From assembly GCA_015233115.1 (NCBI GenBank), contig JADFYJ010000001.1, positions 3,084 to 67,083 of the forward strand: a DNA stretch of 64,000 nucleotides, read 5' to 3'. The notes beneath the pieces were generated by a model. It had not been told where the DNA came from. It saw only the letters and a list, made by a program, of their open reading frames with translations, and searched no databases. Below, piece by piece: positions 57,545 through 64,000 of the stretch; position 1 is the stretch's first letter, and each line of letters starts with the position of its first letter. Origin of the DNA: Candidatus Omnitrophota bacterium. GTDB lineage: Bacteria; Omnitrophota; Gorgyraeia; Zapsychrales; Zapsychraceae. Made by a program: the position numbers and the translations under genes.

Positions 57545-58471
57545 ATGCATTTTGGACAAAAAGCAAAAATGCTTCATGAATTAAAAGGTTTGGAAGATTC
57601 CAAAGAGAATATTTGCGGTCACAAAACGCTTTTGAATCCAAATATAAACAGCAAAAAGAACGAGCATAAAAATAGTTTTTTGGATTTTTTGTCTTCAAAA
57701 GTTAAAGCCTTTAGTGAATTTGAAGATATGGCATCTTTTGCCGCCAGTATTTTGCGGGCCTCTAGTTATCCATTTTTTGTCGTCGATAAAAATATGAAAA
57801 TTCAATATATGAATCCGTCCTGTTTGGATTTTACCGGATTGAAACTGAATGACGTGATTGGAAAAATTAATTGCATGAGTGTTTTCAATAGCAATTTATG
57901 TGAAAAAAATTGCGCTATAAAACAGGCCATGTCGACAAAGAAATCTGTGATTGGCAAAAGAGTGCGGGTACAAGATAAATTAGGAAGAGAACATACAATT
58001 ATTGTTTCAGCTGGACCGCTTATTGACAATAAAGGAAAAGTTTTAGGCGGATTTGAGGTGTGGCGAGATGCCATGGCCGAAGAAGAAGTGTCTTTGCGTA
58101 TTAACCGTTTTCTGGAAATGTTGAAAGAGTATTACCGGAACATGGATGGGTTTCTTGAAAAGATTGAAAAAAGACCATTTTCGAAAGAATTGGAAAGCAA
58201 AGAACATTGGAACAGTTTGATCTGTGATATGAAGAAGCAGACCAAGGACTTACAAAATTATAGCCGTAATTTTTTAAAATCCAGCTGCTGGGACATATTG
58301 AATTGTCCGCCAGAGCGGCAAATTCAATGCCCGTCTTTTCCCAATCGTGGAACTAAATGTTGGGAAGTAAATTATACTTGGTGCGACGGACAGATGCAGG
58401 GTCTCGCATCCGATAAAAAAAATAAATGTAAAAAGTGTATGGTTTTTATCAGGGAAAAGACTTTGCGGTAA
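57545..58471 (+). CDS. PAS domain protein with C-terminal two-CW Cys-rich domain
   Basis: FFVVD..MKI.YMN...FTG PAS; CWDILNC..CP...CWEV..TWC..C.KC. Confidence 0.75.
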   Translation: MHFGQKAKMLHELKGLEDSKENICGHKTLLNPNINSKKNEHKNSFLDFLSSKVKAFSEFEDMASFAASILRASSYPFFVVDKNMKIQYMNPSCLDFTGLKLNDVIGKINCMSVFNSNLCEKNCAIKQAMSTKKSVIGKRVRVQDKLGREHTIIVSAGPLIDNKGKVLGGFEVWRDAMAEEEVSLRINRFLEMLKEYYRNMDGFLEKIEKRPFSKELESKEHWNSLICDMKKQTKDLQNYSRNFLKSSCWDILNCPPERQIQCPSFPNRGTKCWEVNYTWCDGQMQGLASDKKNKCKKCMVFIREKTLR

Positions 58472-58528
58472 GGAATAGCAGGTCGTAAATAAAACGACAA
58501 ATATTGAAAATACTACAAGGGAAATAAC

Positions 58529-59650
58529 ATGTCAGTTGAAAATGCAAAATCATATTATTTAGGAAAAGATGGCTGCAAAAAATCGAATTGCGCGGAAGCT
58601 GTGGCTCATGCCTTTAAAGATAAATTTAACATGACGGACGAGGAAATTGCGTTATTCGCTCGCTGGGGCGGCGGACAGTCGCCAGAGGGGCAGTGCGGCT
58701 CATTATACGCGGCAAAGGTGATGTTGGAAAAAAAGTATCCAGAGCAAATCAAGGTCTGCGAAAGTGTTTTTTTATCAACCGCTGGTTCGCTTAAATGTAA
58801 AGACATCCGTTCCTTAAAGAAGTTGTCATGTTTAGGATGTGTCGAAAAAGCGGGAGAATTTTTAGATCAAATTGATGATTCCGGAGGCCAGATTATAAAA
58901 GATAAAAGTGATTTATCGGGAGGGGATAAGAAAATAATCGATGCGTGTGGATTGCAGTGTCCGGGTCCGATTATGCTCATCAAGCAGGCCATTGACCAAA
59001 TTCAGTTTGGTGAAACGATTGAAATCGCGGCTACAGATCCCGCCTTTCCGGCTGATGTGCGGGCATGGTGTCAGAGCACTGGAAATGAATTGGTCAATTT
59101 AAAATTGGAACACGGTCGTACTATAGCTATTATACGAAAAAAGGAAAAATTAGCCGTTGCGGGAACGCCGGTTAACGGAGTTCTGTCAAAAACAATTGTG
59201 GTTTTTAGCAGTGATTTTGATAAAGTTATTGCTTCTTTTGTTATTGCTACCGGCGCAGCGGCTATGGGAAGTAAAGTGACAATGTTTTTCACGTTTTGGG
59301 GTTTGAATGTTCTGCGCAGGTCAGAATCTGTTCCGGTGAAAAAGAATTTAGTTGAGCAGATGTTTGGCTGGATGATGCCCAGAGGCGCTGACAAGCTTTC
59401 GCTTTCTAAAATGAACATGTCCGGAGCCGGGACATGGATGATTAAGGAAATCATGAAGAAAAAAAATATTTCTTCTTTGCCGGAATTTATGCTGAGCGCC
59501 AAGCAATCAGGAGTAAGGCTGGTAGCTTGTACTATGTCTATGGATCTCATGGGTATCAAACCAGAAGAGCTGATTGAGGGCGTAGAATTCGGCGGTGTAG
59601 CTACTTATCTGGAGCAGGCGGATCAGGGGAATGTGAATTTATTTATTTAA
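58529..59650 (+). CDS. C_GCAxxG-like redox domain + TusA (SirA) + DsrE/DrsH-like fusion
   Basis: NCAEAV..GGG..CG; IDACGLQCPGPI..ATDP.F..DV.AWC; FFTFWGL, ACTMSMDLMG, GGVATYL. Confidence 0.85.
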   Translation: MSVENAKSYYLGKDGCKKSNCAEAVAHAFKDKFNMTDEEIALFARWGGGQSPEGQCGSLYAAKVMLEKKYPEQIKVCESVFLSTAGSLKCKDIRSLKKLSCLGCVEKAGEFLDQIDDSGGQIIKDKSDLSGGDKKIIDACGLQCPGPIMLIKQAIDQIQFGETIEIAATDPAFPADVRAWCQSTGNELVNLKLEHGRTIAIIRKKEKLAVAGTPVNGVLSKTIVVFSSDFDKVIASFVIATGAAAMGSKVTMFFTFWGLNVLRRSESVPVKKNLVEQMFGWMMPRGADKLSLSKMNMSGAGTWMIKEIMKKKNISSLPEFMLSAKQSGVRLVACTMSMDLMGIKPEELIEGVEFGGVATYLEQADQGNVNLFI

Positions 59651-59686
59651 AATTAATTTGTACAAAGGGCTGAATCCGTTTTGCTC

Positions 59687-59716
59687 TTGACGAATACAAA
59701 AGAATATATTATATTC
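59687..59716 (+). promoter_or_regulatory. Promoter/operator of the second TA operon
   Basis: TTGACG-17nt-TATATT with overlapping palindrome GAATATA-T-TATATTC. Confidence 0.6.
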
Positions 59717-59738
59717 AAAATAGAAATGAGGTGATCAT

Positions 59739-59981
59739 ATGTCCAAGACAATAACCATGAGACTTTCCGATGAGGATTATAAGGTGATTTCCAGCGCGGC
59801 TCATCATGAACGACGGCCGATTTCAAATTTTATTACGCATAGGGTCATGGAGGCAATTGCCAATATGAATACTGTTGATGATGCGGAGATGAAGGAAATT
59901 GTTTCTGATGCCAAGGTAATGAAAAGTATCGGAAGAGGTCAAAAGCTATTTGCGCAAGGGAAGGGCCGGCTCGTTGTTTAA
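59739..59981 (+). CDS. RHH antitoxin (DUF1778/CopG-like)
   Basis: MSKTITMRLSDEDY..I..AA..ERRPISNFI. Confidence 0.8.
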   Translation: MSKTITMRLSDEDYKVISSAAHHERRPISNFITHRVMEAIANMNTVDDAEMKEIVSDAKVMKSIGRGQKLFAQGKGRLVV

Positions 59982-60261
59982 TTTTCAAATTTTTGAAACA
60001 CAAGACTACCTTGACCATCTTGAAGAACTGCTAGGGAAAAAACAAGAAACTTTTAATAAAAAACTTCAGGAATATGTTTACCCGCAGCTTAGGAACCAAC
60101 CATATTTTGGAAAAAATATTAAAAAATTAAAAGCCTGTTCTTATCCGACCTGGCGTTATCGTGTTGGAGATATTCGTCTTTTCTACCAAATTGATTCCCT
60201 TGGAAACATTGTTCTTTTGACCGCCGCCATGCTTCGTAAAGACGCGTACCGCAATATTTGA
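59974..60261 (+). CDS. relE: RelE family toxin (likely TTG start)
   Basis: PYFGKNIKKL...TWRYRVGD.RLFY..RKDAY. Confidence 0.85.
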   Translation: MFNFQIFETQDYLDHLEELLGKKQETFNKKLQEYVYPQLRNQPYFGKNIKKLKACSYPTWRYRVGDIRLFYQIDSLGNIVLLTAAMLRKDAYRNI

Positions 60262-60480
60262 TAGAGAGATTGCTTATTTCCGTAAAGTCGGTACTCACGA
60301 TCTTTTAAGAAATCCATAAATAATCACATTATTTGCTGTTTTGTTACGCTAAAAACATTTTAAAACTTTTTATTTATTAATTATATATATATAGTATACT
60401 ACTTCAGATCATCCAAAAATGAATTCATTCTAAGCCGCAAACTTCAAAAAATAATTTACGTAAAAGGGTTTATCTATATA

Positions 60481-60822
60481 ATGTTTTCGCCCATTAAGAA
60501 TCAAATGGTCTCTTTTTTGACCGAACAGGCTCGCGCGGGAATCAAAAAACTTGATAAAAATTCTTTAGCTGCGCAGGAATTAAGCGAACTGGATGTGGAT
60601 ACAGTATTAAAAGAAGATATTCAGCAATTCTGCGATGTGATGACCTTTCCTGAGATGGTCAAGATTATGTCTTTAGGCGCGACTATAAAATTAAATGCTG
60701 ATTCAGAAAACGCGAAAGCGGACATTAAAAAGATCGCTAAAACTTTGGTGGAACGGGTAGAAAAGAAACAGGTAAAAATTAAAACTCCGGAATCGTGCCG
60801 CGAGTTGCTTTTTAATCTTTAA
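60481..60822 (+). CDS. Hypothetical protein
   Basis: 113-aa + strand ORF with coding-like composition; no family recognised. Confidence 0.6.
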   Translation: MFSPIKNQMVSFLTEQARAGIKKLDKNSLAAQELSELDVDTVLKEDIQQFCDVMTFPEMVKIMSLGATIKLNADSENAKADIKKIAKTLVERVEKKQVKIKTPESCRELLFNL

Positions 60823-60842
60823 AGGGGACGGTATTTTTAATA

Positions 60843-60929
60843 TGATGGTTGTTGGTTGTTAGTTTTTGGTTGATGGTCGAAGAAATTAATCGTTTTTTCC
60901 AAAAACCAAAAACCATCATCCATCAACGG
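60843..60929. repeat. Heptamer-arm inverted element
   Basis: tgatggttgttggttgttagtttttggttgatgg ... aatcgttttttccaaaaaccaaaaaccatcatccatcaac. Confidence 0.82.
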
Positions 60930-60970
60930 GAAATTAAATAACCGTTTTCTGATTTTAAGAAGGGAATATA

Positions 60971-61834
60971 ATGAAATCGTTTTTTATTAAAATATTTATG
61001 GTCATTGCGGCCGCTTTTTGTTTGGCAGAAGGGCTGGTTTTGGTCGCTGTTGGATTGGGCCGTCTTACTCCGGAAAAATTACAGCAGTTATACGCCGCTT
61101 TACTCGCCGCGCCGAAAGCTTTGTCTATTATTTTAGGCGTAGGTTTATTCTTTGTTATTTTGGGTTTCATCCTTTTGATTTTGTCATCAAGAACTAAACC
61201 TGTGCCGCCCACAATTCAGGTCGAAAAAGATGGACGGACATTAAATATTCCTCAATTGGCGGTCAAAGATTTTATTATGCAGATTCTGGAACAAAATCCT
61301 TATACCAGCGATTTTACAGTCGCGTTTGAACGTAAAGGCAAAGGACCTGAGCTGGATATTATGATCACCTTAGCGCTGAATGGTGTATCTTCGATATATG
61401 AAGAATTAAATAAAATTGAAGATGTGGTTAAAACTGAATTGGAACGTGTTTTTGATTTAAAAGATTTCAAATTTGTGTTTCTTTTAAGAGGTGTCGCTGG
61501 AGATCCCAAGAAAAAATATTTTGCGTCTCCTGAATCTGAAGAACAGCCTGCCGCTGAGCAAAATTTATCTGTCCCGGAAATGATCGCTGTCAAAGCCAGT
61601 GATAAAGCCGCGACAAAGGTTGCTAGTGACGATGATCTTTTCAGGAAAATTTCTGATGATGATGCCAGCGAAGCGTCGGATGAATCTGCTGAAGTAATTG
61701 AACCGGCAGAAGAGATTGAAGAGGTTGAAGAAGCCGAGGAAGACGACGAAGTGCCGGTTATGAAACGTAAAGTTATGAAGAAGAATAAATCTAAAGATGC
61801 TTCTTTGCTTTCAAAGATGTTATGGGGAAAATAA
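60971..61834 (+). CDS. AmaP/Asp23-like membrane-anchored protein with long acidic tail
   Basis: 2 TMs, G.L.I...AV.DFI domain, E/D-rich C-terminus; overlaps feoB. Confidence 0.6.
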   Translation: MKSFFIKIFMVIAAAFCLAEGLVLVAVGLGRLTPEKLQQLYAALLAAPKALSIILGVGLFFVILGFILLILSSRTKPVPPTIQVEKDGRTLNIPQLAVKDFIMQILEQNPYTSDFTVAFERKGKGPELDIMITLALNGVSSIYEELNKIEDVVKTELERVFDLKDFKFVFLLRGVAGDPKKKYFASPESEEQPAAEQNLSVPEMIAVKASDKAATKVASDDDLFRKISDDDASEASDESAEVIEPAEEIEEVEEAEEDDEVPVMKRKVMKKNKSKDASLLSKMLWGK

Positions 61835-63846
61835 TGTCCAATTGTCACGCGGGAATTCAGCCCACAAAAAACTCTTCTGAAGCGCAGGAGAAAGTCGTTT
61901 CTCCTCAGAGTATTCCCGACATGAATAATCTTAAAAAAGTCGCTATTATCGGCCTTCCCAATACGGGTAAAACTCAAATCTTTAATAATTTAACCGGCGA
62001 ATACAATATTGTCGCGAATTATCCGGGAACGACCATTGAAATGAAGCGTTCGGTCGCGCGGATTAATGATCAATATTATGAGATCATCGATACTCCGGGA
62101 CTGCATTGCTTGTATATCCATTCGGAAGAAGAGATCGCGGTCCGGGATATGATTTTTTCAGAACGGCCGGACATTATTGTGCAGTGCATTGACGCCAGCC
62201 AGTATAAACAATCCTTTTTATTGACAGCGGAACTTTTGGAATTAGAAACGCCGATGGTGGTCGTCCTTAATTCCATGGACGAAACAGCCCGTAAAGGGAT
62301 ATGGATTGATTCTGTTGAATTGGAAAAGCGGTTGGGTATTCCGGTCGTTGAATGTATAGCTTTGCGCGGATTAGGGAAAGAAGAACTGAAGAAAGCCATT
62401 GCTAAAGCGCGGACTGGTTCTTTAGATGTAAAATACGGCTTTCAAATTGAAAACTGCATTAATGAGTTAACGTCTGTTCTGCCTTTTGATCTGGATTTTA
62501 AATATAAAATTGCTTCGCTCTATTTACTTAATGATCCATTTGTAGAAAAATATTTGGAGAGTAAATTCGGGGCAGAAAAAATTTTATCCGTGCGGGTGGC
62601 GTTTAATAAATTTCGCCGTCAGCTTAAAGGGAATGTCCGGCAGGTGATTACTGACAAACGCAGCCAATGGGTCAATAATTTAACTGAAACTGTAGTCAAA
62701 CAACAGAAGATGATCTATCAGGGGTTTTCCCATCATTTTACTCAAGCGAGCCGCCATCCTGTCTTAGGTATCCCGATATTTTTATTTTTTATGGCCATTG
62801 TTTACTTGGCTGTGGTGTATGTGTCTGGAGCTATTGATAAATTTATTACCTTCGCGGCTGTCACACCGGTGACGGGTTTTATTAATTCATGGCCTTTGCC
62901 GGTATTTTGGAAAGACTTGTTGATCGGGCCGCACGGGATATTAACTCTCGGTGTTTTTAACGCGATCTGCACTGTGCTTCCGATACTTACGGTTTTCTTT
63001 TTTATATTTGGCTGTTTTGAAGACAGCGGCTATATTACCAATTTTACGGTTCTTTCTAAACGGATATTCGCTAAAATCGGTATTCCTGGGAACGCCATTA
63101 CGTCTTTGGTTTTAGGATTTGGATGCAAGACCATGGCGACGTTGAGTACCAGATCTTTGACGATTCCTAAGGAAAAATTTATTGCGGTTTTTTTGATAGC
63201 GTTTGCAATTCCTTGTTCTGCACAATTGAGCATATCAATGGCCATTTTAGCCAGAGTAGGCTTGAGCGCGTTTTTAATTGTTTTGGGCGCATTGGTGGTT
63301 AGTGAAATGGGAGCGGGAATTATTTTGAATAAAATCATTAAGGGGAAAACGGAAAGTTGCTTTATTCAGGTGATACCGCCTATGCGTTTTCCCAGTTTGC
63401 GCGCTGTTTTTATTAAAACTTATTATCGGATTGTTTCATTTTTAAAAGAAGCTCTGCCGATTTTTATTCTGTCTGCCGCTGGACTTTTTATTTTTGATAA
63501 AACTGGTTTATTAGCCATGACCAAGCAGGCTTTGACGCCAATGGTGGTTGGCTGGATGGGGTTACCAAAAGATATTATTGATGTTTTTCTTTTAGCATTG
63601 GCACGACGGGAAGCAGCCGCAGGCCTGATTTTGAAAATGGTGGATTCGCACGCGTTAAATTATATTCAATCGATTGTCGCTGTCGTGGTTACAACTATTT
63701 CTTTTCCCTGTGTCGCAAACGTCATCGCGATTGGCAAAGAAATGGGTTGGAAAACCGCGGTCGCCATGACTGTCATGATTTTTGCGACATCTTTTTTGTT
63801 GATTGGAATGTTGAATGGGCTATTAAAAGTAGTATGTGGCGTCTAG
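61822..63846 (+). CDS. feoB: Ferrous iron transporter FeoB (MGC-associated)
   Basis: GLPNTGKT, NYPGTT, DTPG, EDSGY, LGFGC, IPCSAQ, PCVA. Confidence 0.95.
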   Translation: MGKIMSNCHAGIQPTKNSSEAQEKVVSPQSIPDMNNLKKVAIIGLPNTGKTQIFNNLTGEYNIVANYPGTTIEMKRSVARINDQYYEIIDTPGLHCLYIHSEEEIAVRDMIFSERPDIIVQCIDASQYKQSFLLTAELLELETPMVVVLNSMDETARKGIWIDSVELEKRLGIPVVECIALRGLGKEELKKAIAKARTGSLDVKYGFQIENCINELTSVLPFDLDFKYKIASLYLLNDPFVEKYLESKFGAEKILSVRVAFNKFRRQLKGNVRQVITDKRSQWVNNLTETVVKQQKMIYQGFSHHFTQASRHPVLGIPIFLFFMAIVYLAVVYVSGAIDKFITFAAVTPVTGFINSWPLPVFWKDLLIGPHGILTLGVFNAICTVLPILTVFFFIFGCFEDSGYITNFTVLSKRIFAKIGIPGNAITSLVLGFGCKTMATLSTRSLTIPKEKFIAVFLIAFAIPCSAQLSISMAILARVGLSAFLIVLGALVVSEMGAGIILNKIIKGKTESCFIQVIPPMRFPSLRAVFIKTYYRIVSFLKEALPIFILSAAGLFIFDKTGLLAMTKQALTPMVVGWMGLPKDIIDVFLLALARREAAAGLILKMVDSHALNYIQSIVAVVVTTISFPCVANVIAIGKEMGWKTAVAMTVMIFATSFLLIGMLNGLLKVVCGV

Positions 63847-63886
63847 TAGATACGTTTTGTGGTTGTTTGTAATTGTAAGTCTTGTT

Positions 63887-63915
63887 GTAGGGGCGATCAC
63901 CTGATCGCCCGTGAC
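63887..63915. repeat. GTAG-type REP (left arm of a doublet running off the window)
   Basis: gtaggggcgatcacctgatcgcccgtgac; the window ends in aaaaagcgattgat, like the sequence just before the right arm of the 23669 doublet. Confidence 0.85.
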
Positions 63916-64000
63916 AAAATTGTCGCATTTGTGTCAATTGTATATGTGACAAAATTGTGCTTTTTGTTAATTGATTTTTTAATGTTAAAAAGCGATTGAT

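Noticed and set aside
61300-61977. 225-aa Ser-rich minus-strand ORF
   Set aside because: Antisense of the GAA/GAT-rich acidic tail of 60971.
381-63915. CRISPR array
   Set aside because: Repeats are dispersed or short tandem units, with no regular repeat-spacer periodicity and no cas genes.

Overview
AT-rich bacterial chromosomal segment with almost all genes on the + strand. A Minf_1886/TIGR04138-type protein suggests a PVC-superphylum host, and Omnitrophota is my inference. 0.5-18.6 kb is housekeeping and signalling: ridA, lemA-htpX, recG, relBE, rsmD-coaD-yceD-rpmF-plsX-fabH-fabD, GAF kinase/RR/HD-GYP and serS. 18.7-28.3 kb is an Rrf2-porin-sulfate ABC operon plus a CHASE2-PP2C/RsbW/RsbV partner switch. 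28.6-31.8 kb holds apbE, an HTH regulator and orphan fixC-fixX. From ~31.9 kb to the end lies a magnetosome gene cluster (MGC): mamI (missed by the ORF track), mamE, PDZ proteins, a NifX/zinc-ribbon/magnetochrome protein, mamP, mamL-like, mamM, mamB, mamA, mamQ, a PDZ-MamN fusion, mamO-Cter, mamT-like and feoB. A complete siroheme-dependent (Ahb) heme biosynthesis operon sits inside this cluster, only 2 nt from mamP on one side and from the mamL-like gene on the other. Most intergenic gaps hold one of several families of inverted-repeat elements (heptamer arms, octamer arms, GTAG REP doublets, a ~118-bp covarying element). Many share an AAAAGCGATT-like core and several supply the upstream gene's stop codon. 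No rRNA, tRNA, CRISPR array or transposase was recognised.
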